The translations under genes were made by a program, and so were the position numbers. The notes below the pieces were generated by a model. The model made no database searches, was not told where the DNA came from, and was given only the letters and a program-made list of their open reading frames with translations. A DNA stretch of 38,921 nucleotides from Gemmatimonadales bacterium. Its GTDB lineage: Bacteria > Gemmatimonadota > Gemmatimonadetes > Gemmatimonadales > GWC2-71-9. The DNA lies in assembly GCA_039930805.1 (NCBI GenBank), contig JBDTTD010000001.1, forward strand, positions 1-38,921, read 5' to 3'. This document shows positions 17,675-25,852 of the stretch, piece by piece (position 1 is the first letter of the stretch; each line of letters starts with the position of its first letter).

Positions 17675-18979
17675 GTGCCCAGCTCTTCGGGTATCAGTTC
17701 GCGGCGAGCCGCTCTGAGTATCCTGGAGCAGGTGCGGGCCGGGAAGGCGTTTGACCAGGCCCTTGATCGAGGAATCGGCAACCTGGCGGAACCCGATCGG
17801 CGTCTGGCCCATGAACTCGCCGCCGGTGTCCTGCGGCAACGGAGCGTTCTGGACTCCCACCTCGCCCCGCTGGTGCGCCGCGGCTGGTCCAGCGTCGCTC
17901 CGGAGCTCCAGGACATCCTGAGACTGGGCGCCTACCAGCTCACCACTTTGGACCGGGTGCCGAGCCACGCGGCAGTCGACACCAGCGTCGAGCTGGCCAA
18001 GGAAAACGGGGGAGCCAAGCCGGCCGCCTTCGTGAACGCCGTGTTGCGGCGCCTGGCCGGTACTGAGCCCGCTGCCCCCTCTCTGGCTGGGGACGAGACC
18101 GAGCGCTTGGCCGCCGAGCACTCCCACCCGGTTTGGCTGGTGCGGCGCTGGGTGGACCTCTTCGGCCTCGACGCGGCGGAGCGCCTGCTCTGCTGGAACA
18201 ACACCCGTCCCCGGCTGGTGCTGCAGCCGGCACGCCAGGATCTGGAACGGTTGATGAAGCGGTGGCGGGCGGCTGGTATCGAAGTCGAGGCCGCGCCGTA
18301 CGGCGCGGGATTGGTCACGACGCTCACGCGACCCTCCGACCTTCCCGGATTTGGGGAAGGCGACTTCATCGTGCAGGACCCCGCGCAGGCGCTGCTCGGC
18401 CGCTTTGCCGACCTGCCGCCGGGCGCCGTCATCTATGACGCCTGCGCGGCCCCTGGCGGTAAGAGCATCGCGTTCGGGCGCCAGGCGAAAACCCTCATCG
18501 CGGGAGAAGTGAGCCGTTCCCGCGCCCGGCGGCTGGCCGAGAACGTGCGTCGCGCTGGAAGCGGGGGAGAGCAGGTCATCGTCGCAGACGCCAGGCGGGC
18601 GCCGCTCCGGCAGGCGGAGGTTGTCCTGCTCGATGCACCGTGTCTCGGGACCGGCACCTTCGCTCGGCATCCGGACGCCCGCTGGCGGGTGACACCGGAG
18701 GCACTGGGATCGCTGGCGCGGGTCCAGTCCGAGCTGCTGGACCGGACCGCGGCCCTCGTGGCACCGAACGGGCTGCTAGTTTACTCGACTTGCTCGCTGG
18801 AGCCCGAGGAGAATCGTGCTCAGGTTCAGCGCTTTCTGGCCGGCCACCCCGGGTTCAGCCGGGAGCCAACGGACGCTGTTCCGCCTGACCTGCTCTCACC
18901 GGAGGGAGACTTGATGGTTCTGCCCCATCGACACGGCATGGACGGCGCGTTCGGGGCCCGGCTCCGCCGGAGCCCATGA
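17675..18979 (+). CDS. rsmB: 16S rRNA (cytosine967-C5)-methyltransferase RsmB
   Basis: NusB-like N-terminus, HPVWLVRRW, FIVQDPAQALL, DACAAPGGKS, LLDAPCLGTGTFARHPD and VYSTCSLEPEEN. Confidence 0.9.
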   Translation: MPSSSGISSRRAALSILEQVRAGKAFDQALDRGIGNLAEPDRRLAHELAAGVLRQRSVLDSHLAPLVRRGWSSVAPELQDILRLGAYQLTTLDRVPSHAAVDTSVELAKENGGAKPAAFVNAVLRRLAGTEPAAPSLAGDETERLAAEHSHPVWLVRRWVDLFGLDAAERLLCWNNTRPRLVLQPARQDLERLMKRWRAAGIEVEAAPYGAGLVTTLTRPSDLPGFGEGDFIVQDPAQALLGRFADLPPGAVIYDACAAPGGKSIAFGRQAKTLIAGEVSRSRARRLAENVRRAGSGGEQVIVADARRAPLRQAEVVLLDAPCLGTGTFARHPDARWRVTPEALGSLARVQSELLDRTAALVAPNGLLVYSTCSLEPEENRAQVQRFLAGHPGFSREPTDAVPPDLLSPEGDLMVLPHRHGMDGAFGARLRRSP

Positions 18980-19548
18980 GAACTCGACGCCATTTCACCT
19001 CGGGAGTTTCGCTCCTGCAGTCGGGTCCGTGGCGAGGGTTCCTGCGCGACCTGGGTCTCATCCTCCTGACGTTCGTCGTCGGCTATGGCATCTCGGTGCT
19101 ATGGCTCTCACCCGGCTCGGTCTTCACCAAAGACCATTCGCTCCCGCGGGTTCTCGGGCAGACGGAAACCCAGGCCCGGAACAAGTTGAACGCGATCGGA
19201 TTTCGGCCCCGGATGGACGGGGAGCGCCAGAGCGACGCGTTTGCCCGCGGCACAGTCATCTGGCAGGACCCGGCTCCCGGTACGGTGCTGCCGCCCAGCA
19301 GCGTGGTTCAGCTCGTCGTCAGCGCTGGCCCATCGCTGGTTGCAGTGCCTGACGTGATCGGAATCAATCTGCCGCTGGCCACCAGGATCTTTACCGCCGC
19401 CGGCGTGCGGGTGGGATCGGTTGACTCAGTAGCCGGGGGTGAGGAGCACGGTGTGGTGCTGGCAACCCGGCCGGCAGCCGGCGTCGGCCGTCCTCGCGGG
19501 GCCCCGGTCGCGATAGTCGTCAGCCGCGGACCGGAGCCGGTGCCATGA
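18976..19548 (+). CDS. membrane-anchored protein with two PASTA domains and no kinase or PBP domain
   Basis: 190 aa. TM helix LGLILLTFVVGYGISVLWL, followed by two ~65-aa PASTA-like repeats (LPRVLGQTETQARNKLNAIGF...VVQLVVSAGP and VAVPDVIGINLPLATRIFTAAGVRVG...VAIVVSRGP). Confidence 0.8.
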   Translation: MRTRRHFTSGVSLLQSGPWRGFLRDLGLILLTFVVGYGISVLWLSPGSVFTKDHSLPRVLGQTETQARNKLNAIGFRPRMDGERQSDAFARGTVIWQDPAPGTVLPPSSVVQLVVSAGPSLVAVPDVIGINLPLATRIFTAAGVRVGSVDSVAGGEEHGVVLATRPAAGVGRPRGAPVAIVVSRGPEPVP

Positions 19549-20210
19549 CCGTACGGATCGCTCCCAGTATTCTCAGCGCCGATCTGGGCCGGCTGCCGGA
19601 ACAGGTAGAGCGAGCTGCGGAAGGCGGCGCGGATTGGCTGCATGTCGACGTGATGGACGGGCACTTCGTGCCCAACCTGACCTTCGGTGCTCCGTTGGTC
19701 CGCGCGTTGACCCGGCTGACTACCATGCCCATCGACGTCCACCTGATGGTGGAGCATCCCGAGCGCTATCTCGGCGAGTTCGCCGATGCGGGCGCCAGCG
19801 TGTTCACCTTCCACCCGGAGGCGACGGTGCACGTGCAGCGGCATCTGGCCACGGCCCGACAGCTGGGCATGGTGGCCGGCCTGGCCTTGAATCCCTCCAC
19901 TCCGGTGGCCCTGCTGGAGGAAGTGATCGGCGATGTCGAGCTGGTGCTGGTGATGTCGGTCAATCCCGGTTATGGCGGTCAGTCCTATCTCCCTCAATCC
20001 AGCGACAAGATTCGCCGGACCCGCGCCCTGCTCGACCGGCATGGTTCCCGGGCCGCGCTCGGAGTGGACGGCGGGATCACCACGGCCACGATCGCCGAAG
20101 CGTGGAGCGCGGGAGCAGACACATTCGTAGCCGGCACCGCGGTCTTTGGAGCGGCCGACCCGGCGCAAGCCGTGCGGGAACTCAGGCGGCACTGTGCCGT
20201 GAAAGTGTGA
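19545..20210 (+). CDS. rpe: ribulose-phosphate 3-epimerase
   Basis: IAPSILSADLGRL, HVDVMDGHFVPNLTFG, DVHLMV, LVMSVNPGYGGQ and VDGGI. Confidence 0.95.
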   Translation: MTVRIAPSILSADLGRLPEQVERAAEGGADWLHVDVMDGHFVPNLTFGAPLVRALTRLTTMPIDVHLMVEHPERYLGEFADAGASVFTFHPEATVHVQRHLATARQLGMVAGLALNPSTPVALLEEVIGDVELVLVMSVNPGYGGQSYLPQSSDKIRRTRALLDRHGSRAALGVDGGITTATIAEAWSAGADTFVAGTAVFGAADPAQAVRELRRHCAVKV

Positions 20211-20218
20211 CTGGGGCG

Positions 20219-20761
20219 ATGTCCAAGCAGTGGATCATGGTGGGTGCAGTGGTTGCGGGGTTGGTGGCCGGTGCAACCGCGTTGGCCAAGTTCGGACCTG
20301 ACGTCAAGCTGGTCGAAGTCGGTGCGCGAGCGCCGGATTTCCGCGCCGTCGACCTTGCCACTGGGGATTCGGTCTCGTTTCGGGAGCACTACGAGGGGGC
20401 CGTGACCCTGGTCAACATCTGGGCGACCTGGTGTCTACCTTGCCGGGTCGAGATGCCCGGGATGGATAGCGTCTACCAGTCCCTCGCGCCTCGCGGATTC
20501 AAGATTGCCGCGGTGAGCATCGATGAAGGAAGTTCGGAGGACGTGCGCGATTTCGGCCACGACCTCGGCCTCAGCTTTGATCTCCTCCAGGATCGCAGCG
20601 GGAGCGTCCAGCAGATCTATCAGACCACCGGCGTACCCGAGAGCTTCCTGATCAATAAGAAGGGAATCATCGTGAAGCGCCTCATTGGCGAGCACGCCTG
20701 GAACTCCCCGGTGAACCGCAGATTGATCGAGGCATTGCTGGACGAGAAAACCGGTGGCTGA
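20219..20761 (+). CDS. TlpA-family thiol:disulfide oxidoreductase (membrane-anchored thioredoxin-like)
   Basis: Internal ATG at 20219 of track ORF 19634..20761. N-terminal anchor WIMVGAVVAGLVAGATALA and redox motif NIWATWCLPCRVEMP. Confidence 0.85.
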   Translation: MSKQWIMVGAVVAGLVAGATALAKFGPDVKLVEVGARAPDFRAVDLATGDSVSFREHYEGAVTLVNIWATWCLPCRVEMPGMDSVYQSLAPRGFKIAAVSIDEGSSEDVRDFGHDLGLSFDLLQDRSGSVQQIYQTTGVPESFLINKKGIIVKRLIGEHAWNSPVNRRLIEALLDEKTGG

Positions 20762-21833
20762 GTGGATCCTGGGAATCGAAACCTCCTGCGACGAGACCTC
20801 TGCCGCGGTAGTGCGAGCGGAAAAGGGGCGATCCCAGCCAGCCTCACTGGTAATCCTCTCGCAGGACGTGCATCGCATCTTCGGCGGGGTCGTTCCTGAG
20901 CTGGCCAGTCGAGCGCACGTCCACGCCATCGGGTCGGTGGTCGAAGGTGCCCTGGCGGACGCCGGAGTCGGATTGCCTCAGCTGGATGGCGTGGCGGTGA
21001 CCGCCGGGCCCGGGCTGGTCGGTGCACTTCTCGTCGGGGTAATGTACGGGAAGACGCTGGCGTTCAGCGCCGACTGTCCGCTCATCGGGGTCAACCACCT
21101 CGAGGGGCACCTGTTTGCGCCGACGCTCGAGGATCCGGCTGTCGATCCGCCGTTTGTCGGGCTGCTGGTGAGCGGTGGCCACACCATGCTGCTGGATGTC
21201 CCCGCCTGGGGCGAATACCGCCTGCTGGGACAAACGCTGGACGATGCCGCGGGCGAAGCCTTTGACAAAGTGGCGACCCTCCTCGGGCTCGGCTACCCGG
21301 GCGGCGCGCCGCTGGAGCGGCTGGCGGGGGAAGGCCACCCCGATCGATTCCGGTTGCCGCGGCCCATGCTCCAGGAGTTGGAGCGGGAGGGGCCCAACCG
21401 TTACGCGTTCTCATTCAGCGGCCTCAAGACCGCCGTGCTGCGCGCGATCCGTCCCGGCCAGAACCTCGCCGATCCCGGCCAGTCAGGGCCCGACCGGGCC
21501 GACCTGGCTCGAGCCTTTCAGGATGCAGCCATCGACGTGCTGGTGGGCAAGACGGCGCACGCGGTCCGCGCAACCGGCTACCCCCTGGCAGTAGTGGGCG
21601 GGGGCGTGGCGTGCAACCGGGCACTGGTGGCAGCGCTGAAAGAACGGCTGTCAGGACAGGCCCGGGTCAGCGTAGCTTCCCCTCGGCTGAATACCGACAA
21701 CGCGGCCATGATCGCCGCGGCGGGAGCGTGGCGCCTCGCCCGCGGCGAACGGAGCGGCTGGGACCTCGAGCCGCGCGACGATATGCCTATACCCGGCATC
21801 ATTTCCGCCTTCACCCCCATCGGATCCACTTGA
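20754..21833 (+). CDS. tsaD: tRNA N6-adenosine threonylcarbamoyltransferase TsaD
   Basis: ILGIETSCDETSAAVV, GVNHLEGHL, LLVSGGHT, DDAAGEAFDKVA..LGLGYPGG and FSFSGLKTAV. Confidence 0.95.
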   Translation: MAEWILGIETSCDETSAAVVRAEKGRSQPASLVILSQDVHRIFGGVVPELASRAHVHAIGSVVEGALADAGVGLPQLDGVAVTAGPGLVGALLVGVMYGKTLAFSADCPLIGVNHLEGHLFAPTLEDPAVDPPFVGLLVSGGHTMLLDVPAWGEYRLLGQTLDDAAGEAFDKVATLLGLGYPGGAPLERLAGEGHPDRFRLPRPMLQELEREGPNRYAFSFSGLKTAVLRAIRPGQNLADPGQSGPDRADLARAFQDAAIDVLVGKTAHAVRATGYPLAVVGGGVACNRALVAALKERLSGQARVSVASPRLNTDNAAMIAAAGAWRLARGERSGWDLEPRDDMPIPGIISAFTPIGST

Positions 21834-22696
21834 TGAACGTTCATCCTCTGAAATTTCTGCTCGGTCCGCTCGAGATCACGGGCTACGGCATCATGATGAT
21901 GGTGGCCTTTCTCATGGGCGGCTGGTTGATCGCTCGCCAGCTCCGGGAGGCGGGGCTGAAGGAGGACTACGCAGCCGACATGGTTGCCGCCGCGGTCATC
22001 GGAGGCATCATCGGAGCCAAGCTCTGGTATGTGGCGTTGACCGGTGACCCCGGGGCACTCTTCTCGCGCGGCGGGCTGGTCTGGTATGGCGGCTTCATCG
22101 GGGGAGCGCTGGCCGTGATCCTCAACAGCTGGCGCCTCGGAGTGCCGCTCCGCTGGACGATGCAGCTGGGCGCGCCGGCCTTGGCGGCGGCATATGCCTT
22201 GGGCCGGGTCGGCTGTTTCCTGGTCAACGACGACTACGGACGGCCGACCGATCTTCCCTGGGGGGTCAAGTTTCCCGAGGGTCTGCCCCCCTCGACCGCG
22301 GGTAACCTCAAGAACCTGTTCGGGATTCCTGTGCCCGAAGGCCTCGACCCCGCAACCGTGCTCGCCGTGCATCCGACCCAGCTCTATGAGGTGGCCGCGA
22401 TGCTGGTCGCCTTTGCCGTACTCTGGCGCCTCAGGAAGAGCGGCCGGCCGGCCGGCTGGCTGTTTGGCCTCTACCTGGTCTTTGCCGGCGTAGAGCGCTT
22501 TCTGGTCGAGATCCTCCGCGCCAAGGACGATCGCTTCCTAGGAAGTTTTACCCTGGCCCAGCTGACCAGCGCGATCCTCGTACTAATCGGGCTCGCCCTG
22601 CTATACGCCTGGCGGCGTGGCCAGAGCCCGGCCCCAGGCGCCTATTTGTCGACTGGGAAGAAACAGCCAGTGACCAGAGTTTCGACAGCTTCATAA
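21833..22696 (+). CDS. lgt: prolipoprotein diacylglyceryl transferase
   Basis: The ATG at 21833 overlaps the tsaD stop (TGATG). Polytopic membrane protein with YGIMMMVAFLMG, GGLVWYGGFIGG, GRVGCFLVNDDYGRPTDLPWGV and HPTQLYE. Confidence 0.9.
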   Translation: MNVHPLKFLLGPLEITGYGIMMMVAFLMGGWLIARQLREAGLKEDYAADMVAAAVIGGIIGAKLWYVALTGDPGALFSRGGLVWYGGFIGGALAVILNSWRLGVPLRWTMQLGAPALAAAYALGRVGCFLVNDDYGRPTDLPWGVKFPEGLPPSTAGNLKNLFGIPVPEGLDPATVLAVHPTQLYEVAAMLVAFAVLWRLRKSGRPAGWLFGLYLVFAGVERFLVEILRAKDDRFLGSFTLAQLTSAILVLIGLALLYAWRRGQSPAPGAYLSTGKKQPVTRVSTAS

Positions 22697-22799
22697 GTTG
22701 TTGGTTTTGAGCGGCTTATGGCTGGGAGCCTCGAACTGTACAATTTTTGACCTCTAAGTCACTTGAGACCTGCACGGCTTTGTATTGTAAATCAACGAC

Positions 22800-22814
22800 T
22801 TAGCACAGTGCTAA
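22800..22814. promoter_or_regulatory. perfect 15-nt palindrome TTAGCAC-A-GTGCTAA (operator-like)
   Basis: Read directly. It sits in the low-GC, ORF-free island about 20 nt upstream of the structured segment. Confidence 0.35.
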
Positions 22815-22834
22815 TTGTGGCATTGCCTTTGCCT

Positions 22835-22953
22835 AATAGATGGGCCAGGAAGTCAGGCGACTTCATGCGAAAAGTGGTAGGTCGAAGAAGGGTGGAGCGG
22901 ACACTTCGGTCCGTCTCCGTAAACTCAGGGGGCGATCTACCACCTCTATTGCG
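22835..22953 (+). ncRNA. candidate structured small RNA of unknown family
   Basis: Hand-folded helices: AAUAGA (22835-40) with UCUAUU (22945-50); hairpin GAAGUC-AGGC-GACUUC (22849-64); 11-bp helix GUGGUAGGUCG (22874-84) with CGAUCUACCAC (22933-43, one G-U); inner 9-bp hairpin at 22894-22918 with hexaloop ACUUCG. A terminator hairpin follows within 5 nt. There is no plausible ORF. Strand is inferred from the G-U pairs and the T-richer tail. Confidence 0.35.
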
Positions 22954-22954
22954 A

Positions 22955-22980
22955 ACGGCCCGTCAATCCACGGGCCGTTT
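22955..22980. terminator. intrinsic terminator-like hairpin, possibly bidirectional
   Basis: ACGGCCCG-tcaatcca-CGGGCCGT, an 8-bp GC-rich stem. It is followed by TTTGCTATT on the plus strand and preceded by an A-tract. It lies 4 nt beyond the rraA stop on the minus strand. Confidence 0.55.
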
Positions 22981-22981
22981 G

Positions 22982-23464
22982 CTATTGGGTCAGGCTACGA
23001 TCGGCCAGCACAACCCCGTCTTCATCGGCATACAGGAAGTCGCCAGGCGAAAACGTGACGTCCGCGAAGGTCACGGTTCCCCCTCGCTTCCCGGACCCCG
23101 TTTTACCGCCTCGCCTCGGCGAGCTGTTGATGGCGCGCACCCCAACTGGTATCCCACGGATCTCGGCTAAGTCGCGCACACAGCCATTAATCAGCAACCC
23201 CGCCCACCCGTTGCTATGCGCTAGCGCGGCCAGCCGTCCTCCCACCAGCGCACAGCGAAGTGACCCGCCTCCATCAACCACGAGCACGCGCCCCAGGCCC
23301 GGGGTGTCGAGCACCTGGGCGACCAGTGCGTTGTCCTCTGAGACCTGCACCGTGTCTATCGGCCCGGCAAATCGGACCAGGCCGCCATAGTCCCGGAAGA
23401 TCGGCGCCGCGAGTCGCGCGAGTGGGCCGAAGGCGTCGCACAGGTCCGCTGTCGCGAAGGTCAC
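22982..23464 (-). CDS. rraA: RraA-family protein (RNase E regulator / 4-hydroxy-4-methyl-2-oxoglutarate aldolase family)
   Basis: 160 aa. TADLCDAFG, VLVVDGGGSLRCALVGGRLAALAHSNGWAGLLINGCVRD and VGVRAINSSPRR. Confidence 0.85.
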   Translation of the reverse strand: MTFATADLCDAFGPLARLAAPIFRDYGGLVRFAGPIDTVQVSEDNALVAQVLDTPGLGRVLVVDGGGSLRCALVGGRLAALAHSNGWAGLLINGCVRDLAEIRGIPVGVRAINSSPRRGGKTGSGKRGGTVTFADVTFSPGDFLYADEDGVVLADRSLTQ

Positions 23465-25395
23465 GTCAGGGCCATTTGCCTGCGTGGCTGAATCAGGAAG
23501 GTCCAGACCAGCGCAGCCAGCAACAGGAGGGCGAGCACTCCCTGGGCGAGCAAAGACTCGACGGTGGGGTAGATCCCCAGCGCAGGAACCCGCGGCGCCG
23601 ACTCCACGATGGTGGTCGGCAGCACACCTCCACCCTGCAGCTCGGCTACCCCTTTGCCGGCGAACACGAAGGCCATGTAATACAGGAAGGCACTGGTGAT
23701 TCCGAAGAACGGCTTGAGTGGAAGCCTCACCCCGAACCGGCTGATGGCAACGTAGACCCCCAGAAGAATCGCCATGCCCAGCAGAATGCCGGCAACGATG
23801 GGCATGCTGCTGCTGGCCGGCCCTCCACTGAGGAATAGTGCCTTATAGAAAAGGACGGTCTCGAACCCTTCACGGTAGACTGCCAGAAATGCCGCGGAAG
23901 CCAAGGCCAGCGACGACCCGCTGGTGAGCGCATCGTTCACCTTGCTCTTCACGAAGTGGTTCCACTTGACGACTTCCATCTTCGAGAGCAGCCAGTAACT
24001 CACGTAGAAGAGAACGACGGTGGCCACCACCATCGTCAAACCTTCGAGCACCTCCTGCCTGGCCGGCGAGAGATGGAACACGGTCTCGAGGGCAAACGCG
24101 GTGATCAGACTGGCCCCGAGGGCGGTAGCCACCCCCAGGTTGATGTCACGTTTCCGGTGTGAGGCCCCCATCTTGACCAGAAATGTCATGAGCGCGCCCA
24201 CGATCAGGATGGCTTCCAGCCCCTCCCGAAGCATGATCACGAAAGACTGAAAGAAAAGATTGCCGGGCGACACGGGGTCGCCCAGGGATCTCTCGGCCTG
24301 CTCCAGTCCGAGCGCGAGCTGGTGCCGGATGGAATCGAGCTCGGGGTCGGCGGCGCCTCCGGCCACATGCCCGCGGAGCTCGGCAAAGTGCCCTTCCAGC
24401 TCCGCGGCCAGCTGGGGGTTCTTGGCACGTACCCCCCGCTCCACCTGCTCGAACGTCATGTAGGCGTCGAACGCGCTGGTATTGGCGGATGAATCGCCTT
24501 TGCGGGCGAGGACGTAGGTCGACTCGAGTTGCCTTCGCACCTGGTCAAACACCTGCGCGGTACGATTGGCGGTGGCATCCGGTTGAGCACTTCGGATCGC
24601 GGCCACCCGAGCCAGGGCAGCGGCGGAAGTGCCTCTCGCCGGAAGCGCATGAAGCAGCTCGGCATCCGACATCCGGCCGGTGACCGGAAACGAGTCGAGG
24701 GCGGGCGGAACGTTACCCGACGGGCTGGGAAGGCGGAGTAGGGTGGCGTACAAAGCCGCGGCCCAGCGGTCCTGGGCCGGAAGCTGGAGCTCGAAGGAGG
24801 GCATCGAGGTGCCTACCACGCCGATAGTGACCCGGCGGTAATAGTCGAGCGGCGAGCGGTCCATCAGTTCGGCGCCCAGGGTCAGATTGGTCGGCTTGGG
24901 ATCCAGGCCGCGGGCAGCCGGTCCATCTCCTCGACCCAACGTGCCGTGACAGCCCGCGCAGTTGGCCTGGTAGACCTCGGCCCCACGCGCGAGTGAAGGC
25001 CTTTGCGCCGGCAGCTCGTCCAGGCTCACACCTGCCCGGGTGGAAAGCTCGGTGGTCAGCCGGTGAACCCGGGCATTGATCGAATCCGACGGCGCAAGCC
25101 GGGTCACCAGCCGGATGAGGGAATCAATCTCGGCCAAGGTGCCCCGGCCGAGCTCCGGCGGCAGAGCTTCGGCAGAACGGCGGGACTCTCGTAGGAACAG
25201 GCGAGCTTCGTCGATTTCGGCCTGCGATACTACCCGCCCATTCACAATCCCGATCCGGTACTCCTGGGCCGCCAGCTGGGCCGTGGCCGCGAGCCGGCGC
25301 ACCAGTGGCGCAGGATCGATCGGTTGATTCGTCTGTTGGGGGGCATTGAGGAGACTGGCCCCGATCAGAAGGGCGACTCCGCCGATGAGAACCAT
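23461..25395 (-). CDS. cytochrome c / FTR1-family iron permease fusion
   Basis: Internal ATG at 25395 of track ORF 23461..25569. It has an N-terminal anchor and a periplasmic region with the haem c site CAGCHG. The C-terminal polytopic domain carries two REGxE motifs (MLREGLEAI, YREGFETV) diagnostic of Ftr1/EfeU permeases. Confidence 0.85.
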   Translation of the reverse strand: MVLIGGVALLIGASLLNAPQQTNQPIDPAPLVRRLAATAQLAAQEYRIGIVNGRVVSQAEIDEARLFLRESRRSAEALPPELGRGTLAEIDSLIRLVTRLAPSDSINARVHRLTTELSTRAGVSLDELPAQRPSLARGAEVYQANCAGCHGTLGRGDGPAARGLDPKPTNLTLGAELMDRSPLDYYRRVTIGVVGTSMPSFELQLPAQDRWAAALYATLLRLPSPSGNVPPALDSFPVTGRMSDAELLHALPARGTSAAALARVAAIRSAQPDATANRTAQVFDQVRRQLESTYVLARKGDSSANTSAFDAYMTFEQVERGVRAKNPQLAAELEGHFAELRGHVAGGAADPELDSIRHQLALGLEQAERSLGDPVSPGNLFFQSFVIMLREGLEAILIVGALMTFLVKMGASHRKRDINLGVATALGASLITAFALETVFHLSPARQEVLEGLTMVVATVVLFYVSYWLLSKMEVVKWNHFVKSKVNDALTSGSSLALASAAFLAVYREGFETVLFYKALFLSGGPASSSMPIVAGILLGMAILLGVYVAISRFGVRLPLKPFFGITSAFLYYMAFVFAGKGVAELQGGGVLPTTIVESAPRVPALGIYPTVESLLAQGVLALLLLAALVWTFLIQPRRQMALT

Positions 25396-25405
25396 TTTCA
25401 CCCAG

Positions 25406-25455
25406 TTTGGAATTTCGACCAGCGGAAAGTAGAGTGTTCTGGTCGGAATTGAAAG
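25406..25455. promoter_or_regulatory. imperfect inverted repeat in the acpS / iron-permease intergenic region
   Basis: TTTGGAATTTCGACCAG (25406-22), a 16-nt spacer, then CTGGTCGGAATTGAAAG (25439-55). The core CGACCAG/CTGGTCG is perfect. Confidence 0.35.
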
Positions 25456-25465
25456 AGGGTGGATT

Positions 25466-25852
25466 CTAGGGGGCCTCGACGATTGCGATCGCGCCGGCCG
25501 AGGTGGCGGAGTGGGTGAGAGATATTTGGATTCGGAGCCCGCCGCTTTCGTCGGAGAGGCGGGCCGCAAGGCCGTGCAGCGCTATGGCCGGCTTCCCCTC
25601 TCCATCCCGCGAAACCTCGATCTCGCGCCAGCCGATTGCCCGGGCTCCGCGCAGTGATTGCATCGCTTTATAGACTGCCTCCTTCGCCGCAATCCGGGCC
25701 GCGGCGTGTCCGGTGGCATCCGGCCGGGTGGCGAGGTACTGTCGTTCCCCGTCCGAGAAAAACCGGGTCATCGCCTTGTCTCCCTTACGGGTGAGCATCG
25801 ATCTCACCCGCTCCAGGTCGATCAGATCGATGCCTACGCCGATCACGGTCAC
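25466..25852 (-). CDS. acpS: holo-[acyl-carrier-protein] synthase
   Basis: The GTG at 25852 overlaps the upstream stop (GTGA). VTVIGVGIDLIDLERV, FFSDGERQY, RIAAKEAVYKA and ISLTHS. Track ORF 25466..25969 is over-extended. Confidence 0.85.
   Translation of the reverse strand: MTVIGVGIDLIDLERVRSMLTRKGDKAMTRFFSDGERQYLATRPDATGHAAARIAAKEAVYKAMQSLRGARAIGWREIEVSRDGEGKPAIALHGLAARLSDESGGLRIQISLTHSATSAGAIAIVEAP

Noticed and set aside
17360-18670. 436-aa minus-strand ORF opposite thiG/rsmB; similarly 25934..27448 (+, 504 aa), 31645..32967 (+, 440 aa) and 30644..32164 (the extension of the lipid kinase ORF)
   Set aside because: All are antisense or out of frame relative to motif-supported genes and have Arg/Gly/Pro-dominated composition. 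They are high-GC artefacts.
22763-23170. Track ORFs 22763..23170 (135 aa) and 22840..23058 (72 aa) in the low-GC island
   Set aside because: The first runs antisense into rraA, neither has any motif, and the composition is atypical for this genome. The region is better explained as non-coding structured RNA.
25396-25465. Fur box upstream of the FTR1 iron permease
   Set aside because: The inverted repeat present there is not similar to the AT-rich GATAATGATAATCATTATC consensus. It is kept only as an unassigned inverted repeat.
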